Part shown: one piece after another, positions 20,304 to 28,882 of the stretch
How the letters are laid out: each line of letters begins with the position of its first letter
Numbering within the stretch: the first letter of the stretch is position 1
Assembly: GCA_038886535.1 (NCBI GenBank)
Contig: JAVZXS010000002.1
Location: 128,001 to 192,000 of the forward strand
DNA length: 64,000 nt
Origin: Candidatus Micrarchaeia archaeon
Lineage (GTDB): Archaea > Micrarchaeota > Micrarchaeia > CABMEP01
Direction of reading: 5' to 3'
The notes under the pieces: generated by a model
The model's database searches: none
Told to the model about the DNA's origin: nothing
The model's input: only the letters and a program-made list of their open reading frames with translations
Program-made: the position numbers and the translations under genes

Positions 20304-20753
20304 ATGGATGATGAAGAAATTTCTTTTTTTGCAAAATACAAAGATTGGGTAGTAATAAAGAAGAAACAGATAGATGATAAAACAGAGGATAAAGAAATAC
20401 TTGCAATTCTCGCTTCAATTAATTCAACTACAGCAAGAAAGGCTTATGACTTTGCCCCGATAGATAAGGCTGTAATTGATAAGTATGTGGCAGAGCTTGT
20501 CAAAGGCAAGAGAAAGGGTTTAAACAATCTTGCAGAAATATTTGGCTCATTAAAACAGAATGAATTAAAGGAGAAATTAATTTCAGCATGCAAAGATAAA
20601 GATGAAACATTCTATCCATTTGCAGAGACATATTTCATTAACTCAATCCTTAAGGCATTGAATTATTCTCCATTTATAGATTCGGAAGTAATTCAAGAAG
20701 TTTATCCAGATATGAAGATGCCAAAGCCGAGGGGCAGAGTGCCTAAAAAATAG
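20304..20753 (+). CDS. DUF2666-like conserved archaeal protein
   Basis: FFAKYKDWVVIKK N-terminus and YPDMKMPKPRGR C-terminus resemble DUF2666 (from recall). Confidence 0.6.
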   Translation: MDDEEISFFAKYKDWVVIKKKQIDDKTEDKEILAILASINSTTARKAYDFAPIDKAVIDKYVAELVKGKRKGLNNLAEIFGSLKQNELKEKLISACKDKDETFYPFAETYFINSILKALNYSPFIDSEVIQEVYPDMKMPKPRGRVPKK

Positions 20754-20755
20754 AG

Positions 20756-21079
20756 GTGATAAAAATTAAGTATATTCAAATTTTTATTTCATGTAAAAAC
20801 AAGAAAGAAGCACTTGAACTAAGTAATTTACTTTTAAAAGAAAAATTAGCAGCCTGTGTACAATTATTACCAATAAAAAGTTTATATCTTTGGAATGGAA
20901 AGATTGAAAGGGCGAATGAATATTTATGTCTAATAAAGACGATTAATACTAAATTTGAAAATTTAGTTTTAAAAATTAAAAAACATCATTCATATAAAAT
21001 ACCAGAAATATTAGTAATGGACATAAAAGATGGAAATAAAGATTATTTCAAGTGGATTGAAAGAGAACTTAAGAGTTAA
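20756..21079 (+). CDS. cutA: Divalent-cation tolerance protein CutA
   Basis: KLAACVQ, SLYLWNGKIE, HSYKIPEI and YFKWI. Confidence 0.92.
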   Translation: MIKIKYIQIFISCKNKKEALELSNLLLKEKLAACVQLLPIKSLYLWNGKIERANEYLCLIKTINTKFENLVLKIKKHHSYKIPEILVMDIKDGNKDYFKWIERELKS

Positions 21080-21117
21080 TATTTTATTTTTTGTATTCAA
21101 TAATTATATATAAGTGA

Positions 21118-24100
21118 ATGTATATGAGAATCAATTTATCTTTAGATTGTATTAAATGTTTGTCGAATTCATTAATTAATATTATTTTTTTTGTTTTAAT
21201 ATTATCAGTAAGTCTTTTATTTGCAGCAGAATGTGGGGGTACCAATTGCAGCTGTAATGATGCAGTAATTGAAAATGCAGTTCTTACACAAGATCTTTAT
21301 TGTTATGGAACTGCATTATTAATAGTAATAGATGGAGTGACTTTAGACTGTAACGGCCATACGGTTTTTTCACAGAATCCTATTTATGCCGTTATTGGTG
21401 CTGATAACGTTAGTGGGATTACTATCAAAAATTGTTTTATATCTGGTTTAGCCGCACCATATGGAATTCAATTTTTAGGTGTAAGAAACAGTTTTATTGA
21501 AAATGTTAGAATCTTTGATGTTGGAGATGGTATTTCTATATCGAATTATCTTAATGTAAATACCTCAAATATTGAAATATTAAATAGCGAGATCTATAAT
21601 GTAGATGATGGCATTTTATTAGAAGGAAGTTCACATTTAATTAAAAATATAATAGTTTACAATAATAGCGGTGTAGGCATCATTTCTTATGCAAACAATT
21701 CAGTTATAGAAAATATAACTGCATATAATAATAATATAGGTATTACAGCTCAATATTCAACTGTAAGGTATGTTAATTCTACTAAAAATTCAGTTGGTTT
21801 GAATCTATATTATAGTTCAGCTTCAAATATTATAACAGCAAATAATACATTTTGTGGTTTGATAACTGAGGGTTCAACAATTTTATCAATAAATTCTTCT
21901 GGTAATAAAGATGGTTTATGTTTGTATTCAAATAACTCGATTTATAACGGAAAGAGTATTGACAATTATAGATATGGAATTTATATTCAAGATGAAAATA
22001 ATACTTTAGTAAGTTTAGAAACGAAAAACAATTCTTATGGTGTTTATGTAGATCGATATGGTTCTAATTCTAAATTTGTTAATATTACAACGGTATCTAA
22101 CAGTTATGAAAATTTTGTTTCAGAAGCTAATTATACCAATATTTCTTATTTATATTCATATAATAATAGTGGAGGATATGGAATATATTTAGATTCTAGT
22201 TATAATGAAATTTCAAATTCTGTATTTTCTAATAATTATATAGGGGTTTATTCATCCCAAAATACAAGAAATAATGTACTCAAAAATATAACTTCTATTA
22301 ATAATAATATTGGTATAATGTTGTTTTCTTCAAATAATAATTTACTTTTAGAAATAAACGCTTCAAATAATTTCGGAACCGGAATTTTAATTCAAAGAAG
22401 CATGTTTAATACTCTTTCTAACAATATAATGAGTAATAACATTTATAATTTAATAGTTGATGGTTATGAAGAAACTCAAAATATAGACATTACTAATAAA
22501 GTCGATGGAAAAAAAGTATACTGGTTGAAAAATGTACAAAATCAAATTTATGACTCTTCTTCGGATATAGGTATATTCGCTTGCTTTAATTGTACCAATA
22601 TAACAGTGAAAAATTCCAATTTAAGTAAAAATGGTTTTGGTATTTTGTTTAAAAATGTAACGAATTCATTGATAAAAAACATAACTTTATCATCTTTTGA
22701 CTTTATAAACAAAATATATAAGGATTTGATAATATTAAATGAAAGTAGAAATATAATAATAAGGGAATGTAAATTTTATGATTCCGTTGCCGGTTTCCAA
22801 TTAGTTATATATGGAGGAGAAAATAATCTTATATTCAATAATCTGTTTAATACTTCAGTTTACGATCCAGCTGTATATGTTGATTCAAATAATTTTTGGA
22901 ATAGTAGTTATAATTGTTCAGGTGAAAGAAATATTATCGGTGGAAATTGTATAGGTGGAAACTTTTGGGGTGGCGAATACGGCCATTCAGTTTTTTGTGA
23001 AGATTCTAATAATGATGGTATATGCAATACTCCTTATTATATCGATTATCAGAATATCGATTTTCTACCTATTACTTTCGGGGGTGCAGTTTCTCAGCCA
23101 CCTTATATAAATTTAATATCTCCTCAGAATGAACAAATAATAAATAGAAGTTCTGTTAACTTTACATTTATTGCTACAGATGACGATAGTTCTATTTTGA
23201 ATTGCTCAATTTATTTAAATAATATACCAGTTTCGTCTAATAATCAAGTATTAAATAATACTCTTACTACAATTCAAGTTTTTAATCTGTCAAACGGTCA
23301 ATATCAATGGTACATTTCCTGTTTTGATAATTTAAATAATTTGGGTAATTCTGAAACAAGATACTTTAATATATCTATTTTTTCACCAGTTTGCAGTAAT
23401 TCAATATGTGAATCAGGAGAAAACTACTTAAATTGTCCTTCTGATTGTCAACCTTATTGTGGTGATTTAATTTGCATTTATCCAGAAAACTGCAGTAACT
23501 GCAATACCGATTGCGGGACATGTAACTATACAAACTGTCCTCCAGAAAATCCAATAAGATGTGGTACACAATGTTGTCCATCAGGAACAACTTCATGTAA
23601 CGGAAATTTATGTTGTGTTGCTAGAGTTGGTGATTTATGCTGTGGTAACACGCAGTATCCTTGTTACATTAATGGATCTCCATGGTGTTGTAATTGTCCT
23701 CCAAATCACTTGAACTGCTTTGGTACATGCGTAAATATTTTGACTTCTAATTCTCACTGTGGTACTTGTGGAAGAGTTTGTCCATCGGGGACTACATGTA
23801 TAAATGGTAATTGTGTATCACAAGTTTTCTGTGGAAACGGAATATGTGAATCAGGAGAATCCTGTAGTTCTTGTCCTCAGGATTGTGGTTATTGTCCATC
23901 ATCAGAATGCAGAGCTGGTGAAATTAGATGCGCAAATAAATGCATAAATCCATTAACAGATCCTTCTAACTGCGGAGGATGCGGTAAAACTTGTTATCCA
24001 GGACAAATTTGTTCAAATGGTATTTGTGCTTGTTCATCTGGATTATCATTATGTGATTCTCAATGTGTAAATACTCTTTATAACCCATTTCACTGTGGAG

Positions 24101-25947
24101 GATGTGGTATTTCGTGTCCATCTGGAATCTGCATAAATGGACAATGTATAGGCTCTTGCCCAGAAGGTTATGTTTTATTAAATGGTTCATGTATTAAACA
24201 AGTAGAATGTTCTATATTTACGATACCCTGCGGTCAATCATGCTGTCCTATAAGTCAAAAATGCAATACAGAAACATTAACTTGCGAATTTAGTCCTTGT
24301 AAGAACGGTTTAATCCAATGTGGTCAAGATTGTATAAATCCTTTAATAGATCCATTTAATTGTGGATTATGTAATAACAGATGTCCATTAGATAGTTATT
24401 GCTCAAATGGTAAATGTGTTAAATTAAGCACTTTAATCACATGTGAAGAAGGTAAAATTAATTGTAATGGATTCTGTACTGATATATCTTCAGATCCATT
24501 TAATTGTGGTGGCTGTGGAAAAACATGTAATATAATATCAGAACAATGCATATCGGGAATCTGTGTTCCTAAAACAGTATGTGGATTCGGAGAAATTGCT
24601 TGTGGACCAAACTGCTGTTCACCCGGTCAATCATGTATACAAAATACATGTACACCTAATTTCTGTAGCGAAAATCAAATTCAATGTGGTTCATTGTGTA
24701 TAGATGCATCATCAGATCCAAATAATTGTGGAAGATGTGGATTTAGATGTGACTCTAATCAAAAATGTATAGATGGTATATGTGTATCTATAACATGTGG
24801 GAATGGAATATGTGATGAAAATGAAGATAGCACATCCTGTCCTCAAGATTGTAGAGAATGTATCTATCCAAAAGAACTTTGCAATGGAAGGTGTGTTAAT
24901 TTACAAACAGATAAATACAATTGCGGTTCATGCAATAACAAATGTGATTTAGACTGGAATTGCATAAATGGAACATGTAAAGGTGTACTTAATTCTAGAT
25001 GTAATTCAGATGTAGATTGTGAATTCGGAAAATGTATTGATGGAAAATGTAGATTTATAAATTGTAGAACAGATTCTGACTGCAGATCTGATGAATATTG
25101 TAATGAAATAGGTATTTGTGATGCTGGATGTAGAATATCACCAGATAACTGTAAACAATTTGCAGGTGAAAATTCATATTGTGATATTGCTTCTAGAAAT
25201 TGTGTTTCATTTTCCTGTCCAGAAGGAAGTGTATTACTAAATGGATCTTGTTTTATTTTACTAAATCAAGAATGTAATGAAAGTTGTATTTGTTACAACA
25301 ATAGATGTCTCTCATCCACTCCAATAGAACCAGAAAAATCAATTGTAAAAATAGGAAAACCAATATTCGGTTCTTCAGCAAAAATGTCACCTAAATTAAA
25401 TAATTTAATAGAGATGCAAGCAGCTTCAGATCTTTTCTTTTATTTATTTGAAACATCAAAAACTAAACTTTTATCATACGATAGCTGCCTTAGAGGTTCT
25501 ATATGTTCATCATCAGCTGATTGCTGCGGAGCACCATGCTTAGATTCAAGATGCGCATGCTCTAATTCAGCATGCACAACCACAGCTGATTGCTGTTCAG
25601 GATATTGTGAAAATGGAAAATGCAGCTCTGCACCTGCACAAAAACTATCCTTATTCAGCGCATTAACCAGTCCTAACCTTGGATGTGCAGGCTTGATAGA
25701 AGAATGTTCACCAGATGAAAAGACCTGCATTTCACTATGCAACGGAATGTGGCTTCTTCTTGTATTAGTTGCAGGATCATTCGGTGCATTCACCTGGACA
25801 AGATTCAAACATCCAGTTGCAGGATTGGTAGCGGCATTCACTCCAATATTGATTGGAGTTGCATTATATCCATTCCTTGGAATTGTTTCAGGAATAATAC
25901 TATTCAGCTTACTGATATATAAGAATACAGGGAATATTGAAGCGTAA
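21118..25947 (+). CDS. Giant cell-surface protein: beta-helix (NosD/CASH-like), Ig-like domain, Cys-rich repeats, C-terminal membrane anchor
   Basis: Signal peptide, Asn-rich parallel beta-helix repeats, GGNFW, multiple CxDxxxDxxNCGxCGxxC and CGNGICExGExxxxCPxDC repeats, 2-3 terminal TMs. Confidence 0.85.
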   Translation: MYMRINLSLDCIKCLSNSLINIIFFVLILSVSLLFAAECGGTNCSCNDAVIENAVLTQDLYCYGTALLIVIDGVTLDCNGHTVFSQNPIYAVIGADNVSGITIKNCFISGLAAPYGIQFLGVRNSFIENVRIFDVGDGISISNYLNVNTSNIEILNSEIYNVDDGILLEGSSHLIKNIIVYNNSGVGIISYANNSVIENITAYNNNIGITAQYSTVRYVNSTKNSVGLNLYYSSASNIITANNTFCGLITEGSTILSINSSGNKDGLCLYSNNSIYNGKSIDNYRYGIYIQDENNTLVSLETKNNSYGVYVDRYGSNSKFVNITTVSNSYENFVSEANYTNISYLYSYNNSGGYGIYLDSSYNEISNSVFSNNYIGVYSSQNTRNNVLKNITSINNNIGIMLFSSNNNLLLEINASNNFGTGILIQRSMFNTLSNNIMSNNIYNLIVDGYEETQNIDITNKVDGKKVYWLKNVQNQIYDSSSDIGIFACFNCTNITVKNSNLSKNGFGILFKNVTNSLIKNITLSSFDFINKIYKDLIILNESRNIIIRECKFYDSVAGFQLVIYGGENNLIFNNLFNTSVYDPAVYVDSNNFWNSSYNCSGERNIIGGNCIGGNFWGGEYGHSVFCEDSNNDGICNTPYYIDYQNIDFLPITFGGAVSQPPYINLISPQNEQIINRSSVNFTFIATDDDSSILNCSIYLNNIPVSSNNQVLNNTLTTIQVFNLSNGQYQWYISCFDNLNNLGNSETRYFNISIFSPVCSNSICESGENYLNCPSDCQPYCGDLICIYPENCSNCNTDCGTCNYTNCPPENPIRCGTQCCPSGTTSCNGNLCCVARVGDLCCGNTQYPCYINGSPWCCNCPPNHLNCFGTCVNILTSNSHCGTCGRVCPSGTTCINGNCVSQVFCGNGICESGESCSSCPQDCGYCPSSECRAGEIRCANKCINPLTDPSNCGGCGKTCYPGQICSNGICACSSGLSLCDSQCVNTLYNPFHCGGCGISCPSGICINGQCIGSCPEGYVLLNGSCIKQVECSIFTIPCGQSCCPISQKCNTETLTCEFSPCKNGLIQCGQDCINPLIDPFNCGLCNNRCPLDSYCSNGKCVKLSTLITCEEGKINCNGFCTDISSDPFNCGGCGKTCNIISEQCISGICVPKTVCGFGEIACGPNCCSPGQSCIQNTCTPNFCSENQIQCGSLCIDASSDPNNCGRCGFRCDSNQKCIDGICVSITCGNGICDENEDSTSCPQDCRECIYPKELCNGRCVNLQTDKYNCGSCNNKCDLDWNCINGTCKGVLNSRCNSDVDCEFGKCIDGKCRFINCRTDSDCRSDEYCNEIGICDAGCRISPDNCKQFAGENSYCDIASRNCVSFSCPEGSVLLNGSCFILLNQECNESCICYNNRCLSSTPIEPEKSIVKIGKPIFGSSAKMSPKLNNLIEMQAASDLFFYLFETSKTKLLSYDSCLRGSICSSSADCCGAPCLDSRCACSNSACTTTADCCSGYCENGKCSSAPAQKLSLFSALTSPNLGCAGLIEECSPDEKTCISLCNGMWLLLVLVAGSFGAFTWTRFKHPVAGLVAAFTPILIGVALYPFLGIVSGIILFSLLIYKNTGNIEA

Positions 25948-26109
25948 TTTTTTATCTTTTAATTCTCAAATTTTTGGTCATAATTGAAAATACTTTTATA
26001 AATTAAGAAGTTTATTAGTATAAAATTGTCATACCTTACTTAGGTTCTCAAGAATTCTATTTTCTCATCATAGTTTTCTTTACAGGATTTCTATAAAGCC
26101 AAAGAAAAA

Positions 26110-26125
26110 CGAAAGATTTATATAT
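26110..26125 (+). promoter_or_regulatory. Consensus-like BRE-TATA promoter
   Basis: CGAAAGATTTATATA upstream of a GAGGTG RBS and ATG 26162. Confidence 0.6.
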
Positions 26126-26161
26126 AACATATTTGTTAAGTACTTAAAGAGGTGTGATTGT

Positions 26162-26926
26162 ATGAATGAGAAATTTAAAAATAAGGTAAGAAAAAGCTTC
26201 TTGACTGCGGCGGGAGTGCTTACAATTTCATCAGCTGTAACATTTGCAAATAAAGTGGAGGCTGAGCCAATTGTGAATAAAGATTATCAAAAAATAGAAA
26301 GTGTTCAAAAGATTGATAATAAAATATACAAAGAGAATATTAAAATTGAGAGAAGTGAAAGAGCTCAAATAAACGCTGAAAATAATATTGAATCCTCTAA
26401 TATTAATTTTTTGAAGATCCCTATAAAGGATCTTTCATCATTCCTTACTGACGGACAGAGAGAGGAACTTTATTCTATATTATTCGATAATAAGAATCAT
26501 ACTGATGTGAAAGAGATTTTAAGTTTGTTACAAAGGAACGCCTCTTTTAAAGATATAGAGGAACTTATGTCAGAACAAGAGAAAGAAGCTTTTATTAATT
26601 TGACAAAGAAAATTGATAAAAATCAAATAACCGAAATAGAGAATACTTACAAGAATAGAATAAAATATGCACTGATAGCATTATCTTTCTTAACATTTTT
26701 ATCAAGTGCATTCATTCTTAAATCTGTAATAGATGCAGCTATTGTATCTGGTGGAGTTGGTTTCTATTTTATTCCTCAAGCAGCAGCAGTTTTAGGTTTA
26801 GAAACAATTGGAATAACACTTACAATAGGTGCAGTAACGTTAGGTTTAATAACAGCAAGTGTTTTTCAAAGAACTCGAAAGGAGTTTAATAAACCAGAAA
26901 AAACAGATAATACAACTGCTTCATAA
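26162..26926 (+). CDS. Hypothetical exported/membrane protein
   Basis: Signal-peptide-like N-terminus, charged middle region, 2-3 Gly/Ala-rich C-terminal TMs, RBS present. Confidence 0.7.
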   Translation: MNEKFKNKVRKSFLTAAGVLTISSAVTFANKVEAEPIVNKDYQKIESVQKIDNKIYKENIKIERSERAQINAENNIESSNINFLKIPIKDLSSFLTDGQREELYSILFDNKNHTDVKEILSLLQRNASFKDIEELMSEQEKEAFINLTKKIDKNQITEIENTYKNRIKYALIALSFLTFLSSAFILKSVIDAAIVSGGVGFYFIPQAAAVLGLETIGITLTIGAVTLGLITASVFQRTRKEFNKPEKTDNTTAS

Positions 26927-26970
26927 ATGATAAGTGTCCTAAAAGTCAAACTATAAAACTAGGTGAAATT

Positions 26971-27453
26971 ATGGAAGAATTTAATTATAAGGTCAATGAA
27001 TCAACAAGAAAATTCATCGAAGATGATTTCAAGGAAAGATTCAAAAAAACCGGCAACTCAATACTGCTAGAGAAGCCATTTCAGAAAGTGGCTGAATATT
27101 ACATTAGGCAGAATGTGCCTGCATATTTGAGAACGCAAAATGCACTTTCAAGCAATTCTGATGCAATAAAGCTAATGCAAAAAACTTTAGACGAATTTAT
27201 ATACAAAATAGAAAGCAAGGAATTGGGTTGGCAATATCTTCTTAGAAAAGACGGATACGAGTGCATAAAGTTGTTTGACAATGCAGGTGAAAACATAATA
27301 GACTACAGTTACAGAGATCCGACTCAAAAACCACCAATAACAATAGAACTCCAGGTCAAAAATATGTTAAACAGATGGATAGGTGGAATTAATAATGAAA
27401 AAGAGATAGAATTGAATAAAGAAGATGAAAGCAAAGATGAAAATATGGAGTAA
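26971..27453 (+). CDS. Hypothetical protein
   Basis: 160-aa ORF with AGGTGA RBS and acidic tail. Confidence 0.65.
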   Translation: MEEFNYKVNESTRKFIEDDFKERFKKTGNSILLEKPFQKVAEYYIRQNVPAYLRTQNALSSNSDAIKLMQKTLDEFIYKIESKELGWQYLLRKDGYECIKLFDNAGENIIDYSYRDPTQKPPITIELQVKNMLNRWIGGINNEKEIELNKEDESKDENME

Positions 27454-27473
27454 TGGCCTGTAATGACTTATTT

Positions 27474-27734
27474 TTATTCTATTCTTTTCCATATGCCATT
27501 AACATATTCATAAAGAGAACGAGTAGTCGAATCGTACACAATTCCATTTTTATCTGCGACTTCCTTTTCTCTATCGATTTGTATTACTGTTTTATTTCTC
27601 ATCCAATCAAAATGTTTGAACGGATTTGGTTCTATGAGCGGAACTCTCATCTCTTCCTTTTTTCTTTTTTCGCACCAATCAATTACCTCTTTTATCTCTT
27701 TTTTTGGAATTCTACTTAATGAATAATCTGCCAT
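27474..27734 (-). CDS. Hypothetical protein
   Basis: 86-aa ORF with normal composition, co-oriented just after the DRG GTPase; GTGA RBS. Confidence 0.7.
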   Translation of the reverse strand: MADYSLSRIPKKEIKEVIDWCEKRKKEEMRVPLIEPNPFKHFDWMRNKTVIQIDREKEVADKNGIVYDSTTRSLYEYVNGIWKRIE

Positions 27735-27751
27735 TTTATCACACTAGTCTT

Positions 27752-28855
27752 TTATTTTTCAGCTATTATTGTAACTACGTCTTGATCCTCGACTACATGG
27801 TCCAATCCGACCCTCTGATTTGGATATTTAACTGATTTACCATTCACCAATGCATATTTAAATTTTTCAAGTAATTCTTTATGTATTCTTTGACATATCT
27901 CTTTTATTGTTGTTCCTTTTTTAACAATCATAGGTTCTCCAAGCTCCTTTCCTTCTTTTCTTTTTGTATAAATCTGAATGAATTTAAGTTTATCATATAT
28001 TATATCTTTTAACTTCTCTATATTAATTCCCTTTTCTGCAGAAATAACAATAATATCTTTTTTAAGTCTATTCTTTGCGTCTTCTGTTATTTTTTTGATC
28101 TCATTTTCAGATAGCTCATCTGCTTTATTCAATACAATTAATGAAGGCAGATAAACACATGATTTACTTATATGATCAATTAATTCATCAAGTGTTATAG
28201 GTTTTGGAATTATAACATCTGCATTAAGAATTCCAAATGTTTTCAATACGTCCTTTATTGTTTCTTCTTTTAATCCAGGCTTACCATTTATAACTATGCC
28301 ACCATACTGTTTTTTGTTTATTTTTATTTCAGGAGGTTCTTTATCCATTCTGATATTTGCCTTCTCTAATTCATCTAGTATTGTTTCTATTTTTTCATAT
28401 CTTTTTGGATCAGTTACAATCATAACCATATCTGCAGCTCTAACAGTAGAAAGAACCATTTTACCCATTCCTTTTCCTTCAGCAGCCCCTTCTATGATCC
28501 CAGGTATGTCAAGAATCTGGATCTTTGCACCTTTATGAATCAAAACACCAGGAATCACATCTTTTGTAGTAAACTCCCAAGCTGCAACCTGTGATTTTGC
28601 TCCAGTCAAGCGATTGATAAGCGTGGATTTTCCTACGGAAGGAAAGCCGACCATAACTAAAGTCGCATCTCCCTCTTTTTTTACCATGAAACCTTTTCCG
28701 CCACCATTTTTTTTCGAACTTGCTGCCTTCTCTCTTAATCTTGCTATCTTTGCTTTAAGCAGTCCTATGTGGTGTTCTGTAGCTTTGTTGTATTGTGTTC
28801 TTGCTATTTCCTCTTCTATTTCTTTTATCTGTTGTTCAATTGTCATTCTAATCAC
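27752..28855 (-). CDS. DRG-family (OBG superfamily) GTPase with TGS domain
   Basis: NKATEHHIG, GFPSVGKS, DIPG, NKAD and QRVGLDH. Confidence 0.95.
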   Translation of the reverse strand: MIRMTIEQQIKEIEEEIARTQYNKATEHHIGLLKAKIARLREKAASSKKNGGGKGFMVKKEGDATLVMVGFPSVGKSTLINRLTGAKSQVAAWEFTTKDVIPGVLIHKGAKIQILDIPGIIEGAAEGKGMGKMVLSTVRAADMVMIVTDPKRYEKIETILDELEKANIRMDKEPPEIKINKKQYGGIVINGKPGLKEETIKDVLKTFGILNADVIIPKPITLDELIDHISKSCVYLPSLIVLNKADELSENEIKKITEDAKNRLKKDIIVISAEKGINIEKLKDIIYDKLKFIQIYTKRKEGKELGEPMIVKKGTTIKEICQRIHKELLEKFKYALVNGKSVKYPNQRVGLDHVVEDQDVVTIIAEK

Positions 28856-28882
28856 TTGAATGAAAAATACAAAACAAAATTC

